Virus record (IMG/VR): IMGVR_UViG_3300014137_000003
Reading direction: 5' to 3' (one strand)
Length of the DNA stretch: 64,000 bases
DNA from: a virus
In this document: piece after piece, positions 1 through 9,536 of the stretch
How the letters are laid out: each line of letters opens with the position of its first letter
Numbering within the stretch: the first letter of the stretch is position 1
Notes under the pieces: model-generated
Seen by the model: the letters and a program-made list of their open reading frames with translations, nothing else
Database searches by the model: none
What the model was told of the DNA's origin: nothing
Translations under genes and position numbers: made by a program

Positions 1-358
1 CAGCATATTTGAGTCCAATTTAAGTGGATATTTTGGTGGAAACGTTAAAAGGTCCCACATTGAAGACCTAGTAGAAGAGGGGTATGATTCGGTACTTTTA
101 ACCATTAGTGAGAAGGGTAGCATCGTATTACGTTTTAGTGGTAAATACTCAAGTATATTCTCCTTTAGGGGCTTAACCCAATTTCGTAGAGAATCGGAAA
201 AATTGAAGGATTTGGAAGGCTTGGTTTATGCTTTACTTACTGCTTGTGACTCTGCTGAGAAGGCTTCTAATATTTTAGTACCTAAGAGTTACAGTGTAGA
301 AGTTATAGCTGAAAGTCCAGAAGTCTTTTACCATAAGCTTCAAATACTAGAACAGTGA
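1..358 (+). CDS. C-terminal part of a hypothetical protein (gene starts upstream of window)
   Basis: Frame 2 open from base 2 to TGA 356-358; no motif recognised. Confidence 0.5.
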   Translation, partial: SIFESNLSGYFGGNVKRSHIEDLVEEGYDSVLLTISEKGSIVLRFSGKYSSIFSFRGLTQFRRESEKLKDLEGLVYALLTACDSAEKASNILVPKSYSVEVIAESPEVFYHKLQILEQ

Positions 359-388
359 TTACATTGGAAAACAAGAAGGAGTATCTAA

Positions 389-721
389 ATGTTTAAATTA
401 TCTAATGGTAAAGAGTTTTCTCGTCTAGTCCTTACTAGTTTTGAAACTACATTAGGTTATATTACTAAATCTCCTAGTAAGGGGTACTCTTTTAAGTTAC
501 TGAATTGTGAGTCTATGCTACACAAGTTAATGCTTGCAGGTCTTGATGAGTCTTATTCGAGCGAACAGATTCAGTCTTGGATGAGTGAACATTTGACAGT
601 AACTCAAACCAGAGCTAATCGAAGTGAATGTTACCCTAGTTGGTGTCGTACTATGGAAGACGAGATTTATGCAATAAGTTCTACAAAGGATAAGCCTGCA
701 AGGAGTTGGCATTATGAATAA
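389..721 (+). CDS. hypothetical protein (110 aa), overlaps the HipA-like gene
   Basis: ATG 389 with AAGGAG at 376-381; stop overlaps next start by 8 nt. Confidence 0.6.
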   Translation: MFKLSNGKEFSRLVLTSFETTLGYITKSPSKGYSFKLLNCESMLHKLMLAGLDESYSSEQIQSWMSEHLTVTQTRANRSECYPSWCRTMEDEIYAISSTKDKPARSWHYE

Positions 722-1508
722 TTATTCTAGCTTTGATGGAGCTCAAGCAAAATGGTCATCTAAGGGGATTTGGTACAAAAGAGACCTTCGAGGTGGTGAG
801 GCAGTAGCTGAGACTTTGGTGTCTTTATTCTTAGAGTCTTGCTTAAATGTTACAGACTTTAGGACAGGTAACTATGGTTATGTTCCGTATAGGGTATCCC
901 CTAACGACAAGCGTGTTTGTCTATCCCCTAATTTCTTAGAAAATGGTAAGACTTTTGTATCTTTGTATGAGGCTATGAAGTTACTTAAACCTAAGTGGTC
1001 TGAGCATGCCGACTTTGAAGGTAAGCTAGAGTATATAGATAGTGTTTATAGAGGAATACTAGGGCATTCTTGTAAGAACTGGCTACTTATGGTACTAACC
1101 TTAGATGTTATGTTTCGCAATACTGATAGACACTTATCAAATCTAGGTTTTGTATCTGATAGGTGGGGAAATTTGCAAGTTGCTCCTATCTTCGACAATG
1201 GTATGGCTCTAGGGGTATCTGAGGGTGCTTACTTCGATTTAGCAAACACTGTTTCGGGTCTTGGGTTTAGAATTAAACCTTATGAGTTAACAGTAAGATA
1301 CTTGGAGAAGTATATTAACCCTAGTTACTTTGCATTTAGTGTAGATAAGTTTATTAAATGTTTCGATAAGAACATACCTAAAAATAACTTATTACTGGCA
1401 TTTCTAAACATCTTGGTACGTTACTATCCTAAAGATGCCCTTGGGGTGGATACAAAGAAGAAGTTAGAAGAATATTTCGGACCTTTTAGTTCTAAGAGGT
1501 TTATATAG
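714..1508 (+). CDS. HipA-like Ser/Thr kinase domain protein
   Basis: FRNTDRHLSNLGF and VAPIFDNG resemble the HipA_C catalytic loop (DxHxxN) and metal-binding (aPxxD) motifs. Confidence 0.5.
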   Translation: MNNYSSFDGAQAKWSSKGIWYKRDLRGGEAVAETLVSLFLESCLNVTDFRTGNYGYVPYRVSPNDKRVCLSPNFLENGKTFVSLYEAMKLLKPKWSEHADFEGKLEYIDSVYRGILGHSCKNWLLMVLTLDVMFRNTDRHLSNLGFVSDRWGNLQVAPIFDNGMALGVSEGAYFDLANTVSGLGFRIKPYELTVRYLEKYINPSYFAFSVDKFIKCFDKNIPKNNLLLAFLNILVRYYPKDALGVDTKKKLEEYFGPFSSKRFI

Positions 1509-1516
1509 GTAGAAGA

Positions 1517-2038
1517 ATGGATAAAAAACGTTTCTTAAATTATAAACGCAACAACGAGAAAGTCTTAACAATTCAGGATTTGTATAAGACTTTTGTATCT
1601 CCACGTGCATCAAAATTTTCAAGGTATGATTTTGAACGTAGTAATACTGTTGTTTGCCCGTTCCATGACGATAATGACCCCTCTTTTGGTGTTATTAAAG
1701 GTAAGGATGGGGTAGATAGGTATCATTGTTTTGGTTGTGGTGTAGTTGGTAATTATATCGACTTCTACAGGGGTATCCAAAAAATCTTTAACTCCAGAAC
1801 CCTTACAGAGGAACGAGCTATCACAGAGATAGCAGAAAAGTTCTCTATTCCTTTAGATAGCTTGACTGTTAATGAAGAAGAAGTCGTCCTATCACGAGAA
1901 CAGCAATTAGAAGACTTTAAGAATAGGTACACTGTTGCTGACTTTGATAGGGACATTAGGACAGGTTTACTTTTAGAGAGACCTGTAGCTTATTACAACG
2001 CTAAGTTGTTAGAATTGATTAGTGAGGAAGTATTATGA
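1517..2038 (+). CDS. stand-alone DnaG-type primase zinc-binding domain (CHC2 finger)
   Basis: CPFHDDNDPSFGV...YHCFGCGVVGNYIDF is the CHC2 primase finger signature; no TOPRIM in this ORF. Confidence 0.7.
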   Translation: MDKKRFLNYKRNNEKVLTIQDLYKTFVSPRASKFSRYDFERSNTVVCPFHDDNDPSFGVIKGKDGVDRYHCFGCGVVGNYIDFYRGIQKIFNSRTLTEERAITEIAEKFSIPLDSLTVNEEEVVLSREQQLEDFKNRYTVADFDRDIRTGLLLERPVAYYNAKLLELISEEVL

Positions 2039-2454
2039 GAGGTGATTTGATAACTAAAAAGTTACCTAAATACAAGTTAGAAGCCATGGAGCGTATTGCT
2101 CGTTTATGCTTTGAGGAGTTAAACCCGTTATACAATAATAGGTTTAGTTATGCAGATTTTGAATCTGCTACTTACAGGTTTCAGGTGTCTTGGCTTATTA
2201 TCTCGGTTGGGGGTATTCAGATTAAAGTAAAACTTTATGGAGACTTCCCAAGGGTAGTTAAAGCTGCAGAAGACCAACCTTTAATCAGTTATAATGTAGC
2301 GAAGAAGATTATTAAAAAACTCCAAGAGTTAGAAAAACAGAATTATTTCTTAAATAGTTCTGACACAATCCTCATCACAGATTTTAACTTGACTCATAAG
2401 TACTTACGAATTGCAGGTCGTTTAGGTACTCGTGTTCAATATAAAGGAGAATAA
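2035..2454 (+). CDS. hypothetical protein
   Basis: ORF track; start overlaps previous stop; no motif recognised. Confidence 0.55.
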   Translation: MRGDLITKKLPKYKLEAMERIARLCFEELNPLYNNRFSYADFESATYRFQVSWLIISVGGIQIKVKLYGDFPRVVKAAEDQPLISYNVAKKIIKKLQELEKQNYFLNSSDTILITDFNLTHKYLRIAGRLGTRVQYKGE

Positions 2455-2455
2455 T

Positions 2456-3001
2456 ATGTCTTGGGGTAAAGCAGATGATTACTTCTCCACAGGAGAAGCA
2501 GAATATCGAAAGAAGAAGTTACAAGAAGAGTTAACTAAGAAGTATGAAAACTTTAAAGTAGATGTAAATTACTACTTATCTTTCTACCGTGAGGTACAGA
2601 GTTACTTAGCAGTGGTAGATAAGGCTCTTGAAAAGGCTCTTGGGGTATCGTCTTCTTCGGATGTAGATAAGTTTTATGTTAGAATTGTTAATGGAGAGGT
2701 ATCTATCGCTATTGATGATTACTATCAAAAAGGTGGAGAGTTGCATATTCATGCAAACCGAGAGTCCTCAGACCGTGTCTCTTGGGCAGGACCAGCTACT
2801 CATAGTTCTCTAATTTATCTAGATGTACCAGTTTTCACGGCATCGGAAGATTATCTAGTTCTTAATTTAGTAGGTAGTTCTAAGTATGTAGTAGAATTTA
2901 ATACTGAAGGGTTGATTATTGCTTATCAGAATGGTATTTATTCGCCTATTGCTTATAAGTACTCTGTGTTAGAAGGAAAGGTTGTTGAGTGGAAGTGCTA
3001 G
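2456..3001 (+). CDS. hypothetical protein
   Basis: ATG 2456 after AAAGGAG; ORF-track start 2432 is an alternative. Confidence 0.55.
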   Translation: MSWGKADDYFSTGEAEYRKKKLQEELTKKYENFKVDVNYYLSFYREVQSYLAVVDKALEKALGVSSSSDVDKFYVRIVNGEVSIAIDDYYQKGGELHIHANRESSDRVSWAGPATHSSLIYLDVPVFTASEDYLVLNLVGSSKYVVEFNTEGLIIAYQNGIYSPIAYKYSVLEGKVVEWKC

Positions 3002-3942
3002 ACTTGGATGAAGTTATTGGCGACCTTACTCCCGAGAGTGAGTTTGATGGTATTATTAACGGAGACACTTTAGAGTCTAAGAAACCAAAAGTAAAAGAAG
3101 ACAATGGTACTCGACAGTACAGGCAGTTAACTGTCTATGATATCTTACCTAGGACTGGTTTACATTTGGGATTGGATATTTCCAAAAGGTCAACAGGTAT
3201 TACTCTTGTAAAAGATGGAGAGTTTCGTTCTTGGAATAGAACTCTTAGTGGTAGTGAGGATGTTAAGTTTGCAGAGATTTTAATGCGACGTGAACTTAAG
3301 GACATCTTCCTAAAGGAGTTTAGGGGTATGTCCTTTGAAACCATTGTCGTAGAGGATGCTTTTGAAGGTGAGAACCCTACAACGACTAGAATGCTTTACT
3401 CTTTAAATACTGTAATTGACGAGATGGTTCTTGACGGTGACGTGCATTGTAAGGATTTTGTTAGGGCTAATAATCAGTCTTGGAAGTCTTGGTTATGGTC
3501 TATTGAACCCCAGATTGGTAAAGGACTAAACGAGAAAGTTAGGATCGAAGAGTTGTTAGCTTATCTCGGTGTTACTGATGAAGGTAAAGGTTATCAAGAT
3601 AGGTTGGACTCCTTAGGAATGTTAGTGGGGTATTTCTTTAAAGCTAGAACAGGCAGTTTCGACTCCTTTAAAATTCCTAAGATTACTTGGTCTAAGGTTA
3701 GGTATCTTGTCACCGAAGATGTTGAGACCTTGGTTGAGGTACCTGAGGAGTACCGAGTTCTTCCGACTGTTGAAGTTAACATTGGTAGGAAGGAGCTTAC
3801 TAGAGAGTACATTAAGTATCTTGTATCGCTCCATAGGGGTAATCTTGTTATTATACAATCTGACAAATCGTTAGACTTAGCATTAAAGATGCTAGGAATA
3901 CCTTGGGGAGTTCGGGGAACTTTGGTGTTGTGGGGTATCTAA
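2989..3942 (+). CDS. hypothetical protein, possible RuvC/RNase H-fold nuclease
   Basis: LGLDISKRSTGITLV ... IVVEDAF pattern is RuvC-like; weak. Confidence 0.3.
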   Translation: MEVLDLDEVIGDLTPESEFDGIINGDTLESKKPKVKEDNGTRQYRQLTVYDILPRTGLHLGLDISKRSTGITLVKDGEFRSWNRTLSGSEDVKFAEILMRRELKDIFLKEFRGMSFETIVVEDAFEGENPTTTRMLYSLNTVIDEMVLDGDVHCKDFVRANNQSWKSWLWSIEPQIGKGLNEKVRIEELLAYLGVTDEGKGYQDRLDSLGMLVGYFFKARTGSFDSFKIPKITWSKVRYLVTEDVETLVEVPEEYRVLPTVEVNIGRKELTREYIKYLVSLHRGNLVIIQSDKSLDLALKMLGIPWGVRGTLVLWGI

Positions 3943-3967
3943 TATAATTTAGGTATTAGGAGTTATT

Positions 3968-4261
3968 ATGAATAATCAGAACAATCAAAACAACTTAAAC
4001 CAACAACCTCAGAAAATGAGGCTTACAAAATCTTATGTTGTAGAGGTGCTTAAGAATAACTTAGGCATCCCTTATGCTGAGACGGTTTATTATGACGACA
4101 GAAAAAGTGAAACCAGACATTGTTGTTTAAATGAACCAGGCATTAAACATTTGACTTTAAACCAATGGCAATTTTCTGACGAAGATGGTAAACTTATTAT
4201 TGTAGAATATTTTGTATGTCCTCGGTGTGGCAAGTTATTTGTTTACCGAGACTTTATGTAA
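3968..4261 (+). CDS. hypothetical protein (Asn/Gln-rich N-terminus, C-terminal CPRCG)
   Basis: ORF track; AGGAG upstream. Confidence 0.55.
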   Translation: MNNQNNQNNLNQQPQKMRLTKSYVVEVLKNNLGIPYAETVYYDDRKSETRHCCLNEPGIKHLTLNQWQFSDEDGKLIIVEYFVCPRCGKLFVYRDFM

Positions 4262-4273
4262 GGAGAAGGATTT

Positions 4274-4699
4274 ATGTCTAAAGAACATGAAAAACTAAAA
4301 CAAGAATTAAATAAACATGGTAAAGCCTTGATTGGCTCTGTTGCAGATTTGCTAGGAATGAAATCTCATGCAAGATTTTTCCCTTATGAGGCTAATTTCG
4401 ATACTCTCCACTTGGGTATTAAAGGAGATAGAGTGTCCATTCAAGGTCGTGTCGATACCCGTATCCACTCTTACTTGGTTATTAGTGGTGAGCAGGTTTC
4501 TCTTCTAAGTGCTACAGGAGTTACTAAAGAGCTATCTGCAACACGTGCCAAGGAAATTGTTAAGGGTATTGAAAACATTAAGTCTTTGTTTACTTTCTAC
4601 GATGTAACTCCTTTTGAGATTGCTCTAGAAGTGAATGGCGACGGTAAAGTGGCAATGGTCGCTAGTACAAGTCAAGGTCGTGTTGTTATTGTAGGTTAG
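4274..4699 (+). CDS. hypothetical protein
   Basis: ORF track; AAGGAG upstream. Confidence 0.55.
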   Translation: MSKEHEKLKQELNKHGKALIGSVADLLGMKSHARFFPYEANFDTLHLGIKGDRVSIQGRVDTRIHSYLVISGEQVSLLSATGVTKELSATRAKEIVKGIENIKSLFTFYDVTPFEIALEVNGDGKVAMVASTSQGRVVIVG

Positions 4700-4734
4700 T
4701 GTTAGGTAAGTAGTAAGTAGAAGGGTTTTTAGTT

Positions 4735-4878
4735 TTGGTTGAGCATATTGTTAAAATTGAGTGTCCAGATTGTGGTTATGTGAATCACTTAGGTCGTTAT
4801 GATGAAGAAGAATGCTTTAAGTGTGGTGCAGATTTGCACATAGCAGTTCAAGAAAGAACGAGAGGTAAAAAGGCTTGA
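4735..4878 (+). CDS. small zinc-ribbon protein (47 aa, below ORF-track cutoff)
   Basis: TTG 4735 to TGA 4876-4878 encodes ..ECPDCGYVNHLGRYDEEECFKCGADL..; two CxxC pairs; stop overlaps the ligase start. Confidence 0.35.
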   Translation: MVEHIVKIECPDCGYVNHLGRYDEEECFKCGADLHIAVQERTRGKKA

Positions 4879-6146
4879 GTACGGTAGTAGAAATTGGTGA
4901 ACTCTTACATAGCGTAGACGCCTATGGGGTATCCAGCTTACAAGAAGACCAAATCGAAAATCTTGAAAGATACATTCAAGAATGTAACGACGCAATGAAC
5001 AGCAATGACGAGCCTTTGGTAGAAGATGCAATCTATGATAAATTGGTAGAAGTTCTTACTAAGGTTCGCTCAGGTAGTCCTATTTTGCAGGAGTTGTGGT
5101 CTAAGGACTCCGAAGTTATTGGTTCTTTCAATGATTTGTTGGATAAGCACCCTATGGCGTCTATTCAGACAGTTAAGTCTTGGGAAGATGAAAACATTTC
5201 TAAATTCATCCAAAGAATGCCAGAAGTTTCATCTTATCTTGCAGCTTACAAGATTAATGGTCATGGTATTCGTATCGTTTATAAGAACGGGCAGATGGTA
5301 GAGGCTACAACTCGTGGTCGTTCTACTAATGGTCGTTCTATCCTAGAACACATGAAAATTCTTCTAGGTGAGTACAATGACTCCTTGGCTGATGAGGGCT
5401 TGGTAGAGGTTCGAGGTGAGTTGGCTCTACGTCTTGACCGTCTTGACGATGCTCGTGAATTCAATCCAACTCTTAAGTCGGCTTTCTCAGCGGTATCTTC
5501 TCTAATTAAGCCTAGTGCTACAGAGGAGGAAATTAAGTTACTTGATTTCCTAGCATATCGCATTTACATTGACGATTTTGAGTTCACCTCCCTCGAAGAA
5601 GTTTATACAACACTAGAGGGTTGGGGGTATAGCGTTCCTCAGTACATTTCTTTAGAGGATGTACCGAAAGATGAACTCTTCGAATCAATGCAGACAGTCG
5701 TATCAGACCTAGAAGAGAGTCTAGATGACTTCGGTTACTTCTGTGATGGGGTAGTTTTCGAGGCTAATGATAGTTTTGTTCGTGAAGACAACGAAGGTGA
5801 CGGAAAGTATCACGACTACAACCTAGCATTAAAAGTTAATTCTTGGTCACAGGATTTGTACACTGGGTATATTCAAGAGATTAAGTGGAAGCGTGGGAAG
5901 TCTAAACTTAGTCCAGTTGCAGTAGTTTCGGAATCTTTAGATAGCGATGAGGGTGTTTTAACAGTACAAGGTAATCGAGTTAAGAATGTACCTTTGTACA
6001 ATCCCAAAAACATTCTAGTCTTAAGTGCTTACTTGGGTTGTCCTATCAACTTTAAGTATGGGGGTGAAGCTGGGGTAGTTCCTTGTTTCCCAGATGGTCG
6101 CTTGTTATCAGAAGATTTTGTAGTTTATGATTTATTAGGAAAGTAG
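4875..6146 (+). CDS. NAD-dependent DNA ligase (LigA-type), N-terminal half: adenylation + OB domains only
   Basis: HPMASIQ, KINGHGIRIVYKNGQMVEATTRG (motif I, KxDG with D->N), VEVRGEL (III), CDGVVFEAN (IV), ALKVN (V), OB-like IQEIKWKRGKSKLSPVAVV; ends where the LigA Zn finger would begin. Confidence 0.75.
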   Translation: MSTVVEIGELLHSVDAYGVSSLQEDQIENLERYIQECNDAMNSNDEPLVEDAIYDKLVEVLTKVRSGSPILQELWSKDSEVIGSFNDLLDKHPMASIQTVKSWEDENISKFIQRMPEVSSYLAAYKINGHGIRIVYKNGQMVEATTRGRSTNGRSILEHMKILLGEYNDSLADEGLVEVRGELALRLDRLDDAREFNPTLKSAFSAVSSLIKPSATEEEIKLLDFLAYRIYIDDFEFTSLEEVYTTLEGWGYSVPQYISLEDVPKDELFESMQTVVSDLEESLDDFGYFCDGVVFEANDSFVREDNEGDGKYHDYNLALKVNSWSQDLYTGYIQEIKWKRGKSKLSPVAVVSESLDSDEGVLTVQGNRVKNVPLYNPKNILVLSAYLGCPINFKYGGEAGVVPCFPDGRLLSEDFVVYDLLGK

Positions 6147-6158
6147 GTAGAAGTTAAA

Positions 6159-6947
6159 ATGGTAAGTAAGAAAGAAAATCAAAATGCCCCTCAACAGTTG
6201 GGTGCACAGGTCATTAAGGTAGAGGTTTCTACTGTTGAACGACGTAAGGAGTTGTCTAAACCAACTAAAGATTTCTCGGTAAATGAGTTGGTTGTTTCCA
6301 ACCTTGTACGAGGTTTGGAGATGGCAATTGCTGAGAAAGATGCTGAGAAAGTTCTTGGGGATTCTTCTCTATTGGTTAAGTCTGAAGGAAAGACCTTGGT
6401 ATTCACTGCTGATATTATGTCGTTCCATGAAGATTTCATCGACTTGGGGTATGTTTCGATTGTAGGTGAGAAGGTAGGTTCTGTATTGACTCCTATTAAG
6501 GGTTCTATCTCAAATCTAGTTTCTGAGAAGTTTACTACGAAGTTGTCAGATATCAACTTCCAAGCTTTAAGTGGTAAACTTCTTCGTGGAACGACTCTTA
6601 TGTTTACTGCTAAGGTAGTAACGGAGTTGGGTATCGTTAACTTGGAAGACCTTACGGTTGAAGACTTTGGTTTCCGTTTGCTTAAAGAAGACCGTACAGT
6701 AGATACTCTTGCTATCTTCAATGACCTAGTTGACACTTACAACTATGAGTATTATGTAGTTGAGTCTGGTGTTCTAGTTAAGAACCAGTACAGGAATACT
6801 TCTTTGGATAGTTATTTTGAAGCTTTCAAAACCTCTGAAGACCAGAAACCTTTGGAGGAGGCTCTTAAGTACATCCTTGGCTCTTATGACGATAAGTACA
6901 AGAAATTGAAAGAAGTTCTTTGGGGTATCATCCGCCCCCAAGACTAA
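6159..6947 (+). CDS. hypothetical protein
   Basis: ORF track; no motif recognised. Confidence 0.55.
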   Translation: MVSKKENQNAPQQLGAQVIKVEVSTVERRKELSKPTKDFSVNELVVSNLVRGLEMAIAEKDAEKVLGDSSLLVKSEGKTLVFTADIMSFHEDFIDLGYVSIVGEKVGSVLTPIKGSISNLVSEKFTTKLSDINFQALSGKLLRGTTLMFTAKVVTELGIVNLEDLTVEDFGFRLLKEDRTVDTLAIFNDLVDTYNYEYYVVESGVLVKNQYRNTSLDSYFEAFKTSEDQKPLEEALKYILGSYDDKYKKLKEVLWGIIRPQD

Positions 6948-7030
6948 TATCACTTTTCGTAGTCTTATAAAATCTAGCAACCTTATCTTAGTGGATTTGG
7001 TTGTTTTCTATTTAGAAAGGTTTATTGATT

Positions 7031-8548
7031 ATGAGTGAAGAGTTAGTATTAGAAGAGGAAGTCCTAACAGATGAGGATTATAGCTCTGAAGAAGTTAGGG
7101 ATGAGGATTCTAGTTCTGAAGTAGATGGTAGAGACTTACTTAGGCAGGAAATGGAACAGGCTGTTAGTGGGAATACTGCTATTGGTGAGGAGTTTCAGGC
7201 TACATTTACAGAGGAAGAAAGGATTTCTTCTATCTTGAATTTGCGTTCTGACTCCTATACTTTGGAGTTGGGTAGGATAAATCTGTTGGAGTTGTCTCCT
7301 ACAGTTCCTTTGAAGGAGAGTCGTAAACAGACATATAAAGGTTTAACTCAGTCTGTTAGGGAGCTTGGTATTTTAACACCTATCCACGTAATGTACACAG
7401 AGGGGTATAAGCAATACCTTAAGGATGTTGAAGAAGGCTACGAAACGGAAGAGTGGTCTAAAGAAGAGTTTGGCGATAAGTATATCTTAATTGACGGTTT
7501 CCGTAGGGTATGGGCAGGTATTACTAATAAGATGCCTACTGCTCCAGCGGTAATTTGGGACTTCAAAGATATGGATTTAGCCATGGAGTTGCTAGTTCCT
7601 CTTAGTTTGTTGCTTAATCGAAGTCAGCATCGTGACTGGAAAGAAACTTGGGGCTTATATCAAATCTTAGAGACTACAGCTTTAATGACGCCAGCTACTT
7701 TAGAGTATTTACTTCAGCTCCAGCCAGGTGAGGCTATGAAGCTTAAGGACGTAATGCTCTGTGAGTATCCAGAAGTTATTGATGAGTTGTTATCTGAAGC
7801 AAAAACTTTGCAACAGTGTTATAACAACTTACAAAAACTCCGTAAAGAGGAAAACCAACTTGAAAGGGACGACCAACGAAGTTTGTCTGAAATCGAAGGT
7901 GCCGATGGGGTAGTCGGAGATATTACTGATGGTAATGGACAGTTATCTTATGATGAGGTTAAACAGCTCTTAGAGTTTGATGAATCTGACATTGAGAACT
8001 TATCAGATGAAGATTTCATCGACTTGGCAGGTGGAAAGAATGATGGGGTAGAGATTAACCGTAGAGCTGGAGAGGATATCCCAAGGGAACTTAAGCAAGC
8101 AGCTTTAGCACGGGATAACTATTCTTGTCAGATTAGTGGAACAGGTCTTAATAGTGGTCTTAAGATGACTATGGCTATGTCAGTTCTACAGGTTCACCAC
8201 ATTATTCCGTTGTATCTTGGGGGTAAGAATACCTTAGACAACTTGGTAACTGTTCGTATGGACTTGCATACGTGGATTCACGTTATTGAGCGTCTTGGTG
8301 GTAAGATTGGGATGTCTCCAGAAGAGTTTAAAGAACTTGAAGGCGTAGACAAGAGAGATTTGTTTGGTGCTTTGAAGTATGCGAAAGTTATTGTTGATGA
8401 GGCTAAACGTCAAGGTAAATCTACTACTGACAAGGCTTTGCAACAAGCGTCTTATGATGCAAGTCGTTTCAAAATGCCAGGAACAGACTTAAAAGAAAAC
8501 ATGGCATCTATACGAGACCATGAGGAGATGAAAGATGAAGTTTACTAA
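7031..8548 (+). CDS. ParB/Srx-like domain fused to an HNH endonuclease
   Basis: ILIDGFRRVWAG (ParB GxRR box); CQISG..VHHIIPLYLGGKNTLDNLVTV..H (HNH); acidic N-terminus; ATG 7031 (TTG 7025 alternative). Confidence 0.7.
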   Translation: MSEELVLEEEVLTDEDYSSEEVRDEDSSSEVDGRDLLRQEMEQAVSGNTAIGEEFQATFTEEERISSILNLRSDSYTLELGRINLLELSPTVPLKESRKQTYKGLTQSVRELGILTPIHVMYTEGYKQYLKDVEEGYETEEWSKEEFGDKYILIDGFRRVWAGITNKMPTAPAVIWDFKDMDLAMELLVPLSLLLNRSQHRDWKETWGLYQILETTALMTPATLEYLLQLQPGEAMKLKDVMLCEYPEVIDELLSEAKTLQQCYNNLQKLRKEENQLERDDQRSLSEIEGADGVVGDITDGNGQLSYDEVKQLLEFDESDIENLSDEDFIDLAGGKNDGVEINRRAGEDIPRELKQAALARDNYSCQISGTGLNSGLKMTMAMSVLQVHHIIPLYLGGKNTLDNLVTVRMDLHTWIHVIERLGGKIGMSPEEFKELEGVDKRDLFGALKYAKVIVDEAKRQGKSTTDKALQQASYDASRFKMPGTDLKENMASIRDHEEMKDEVY

Positions 8549-9536
8549 GTTATGTTGTATTACGGTCATAGGCATTAGTCTTCTTAGTGGGGGTAGTGCT
8601 TATGCCTATTCTGATATAGACGGAAAAATTACAAGTACTGATAATATTTCTTGGAATGAATTTGACCCTCTATCTTGGAACCAGTTTAATGCGGATGATA
8701 TGCCTGAGTCTTGGTTAGGTCATAAGATGCTAGATGGTTCCAGTGGGGTATCTTTCCCAGAGGGTGGCGATTTAATTTATGTCTACACCTTTTTAGCCAT
8801 TAAGACAGGTCACAAAATGGCAGGGTATATTCCCTCATTTGCTAATGCCGACTTAGAGAGGATGCATGCTTATGCTAATGGTTTACCTCACTTTGGTGCT
8901 GAGGGTATTTGGTCTAATGGATGGCATGCAGACCTTGAACCTAATGGTTCTCAAATTCAGAAGAATGCAACCCTTGATTCTGCTAGAAAAGAATTTAAGG
9001 ACGGGAAGTTGGTAGTTCTGCAAGTAAAGAACGACAACTTTACTGAAGAAACCCCTTACACTCACTTTATTGCTATTGACTCGGTAGAGAAAGACAACTC
9101 AGTTAAAATATTTGACAGCTATAAGCCAAGTGCAGTATTTACAGATGCCTATTCGCCTAGTGATGTAGTGGGTATGATTACCTTATCATCTGACAAGGCG
9201 AAATCAACAGAGTTACCAAAACTATGGGAGCGTAGGGGTTGGAAAGACGTTTACTCCAAAGACGGTGAAAGAGATAAGGAAACCTTAGGAGGTGGCGGAG
9301 GTAAGGCAGGAAAAGCCGACTCTACCTATGAAGAACCTAAAGATAAGAAAAAGGATAATCAATCATTAGGTAAGTATTCTCCTAAAGATGACGCCCCAGT
9401 CAAACTCGAAAGGGGTAACAAAGTTAAGAAGAAAGAAAGTAGGAAGCTAAGTGTTTGGAAAGTAGTAGCAGCGGTTGTAGGTTTAGCTATCCCTCTTGGA
9501 GGACTAGTATATTCATGGAAAAGAAAAAGAAACTAA
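8535..9536 (+). CDS. secreted, C-terminally anchored protein; paralog of the next gene lacking the nucleophile Cys
   Basis: Signal peptide MKFTKLCCITVIGISLLSGGSAYA; C-terminal TM + KRKRN; THFIAIDSV..KIFDS aligns with RHVFTIDYI..AMLDS of the next ORF. Confidence 0.45.
   Translation: MKFTKLCCITVIGISLLSGGSAYAYSDIDGKITSTDNISWNEFDPLSWNQFNADDMPESWLGHKMLDGSSGVSFPEGGDLIYVYTFLAIKTGHKMAGYIPSFANADLERMHAYANGLPHFGAEGIWSNGWHADLEPNGSQIQKNATLDSARKEFKDGKLVVLQVKNDNFTEETPYTHFIAIDSVEKDNSVKIFDSYKPSAVFTDAYSPSDVVGMITLSSDKAKSTELPKLWERRGWKDVYSKDGERDKETLGGGGGKAGKADSTYEEPKDKKKDNQSLGKYSPKDDAPVKLERGNKVKKKESRKLSVWKVVAAVVGLAIPLGGLVYSWKRKRN

Noticed and set aside
6191-6736. Minus-strand ORFs in the track, e.g. 6191-6736 (181 aa), 38056-38364, 58601-58789 and all other '-' entries
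   Set aside because: Every one lies antisense inside a well-supported + strand gene or across tRNA genes. They lack RBS or promoter context and have low-complexity, Ser/Leu/Arg-rich translations typical of antisense frames.
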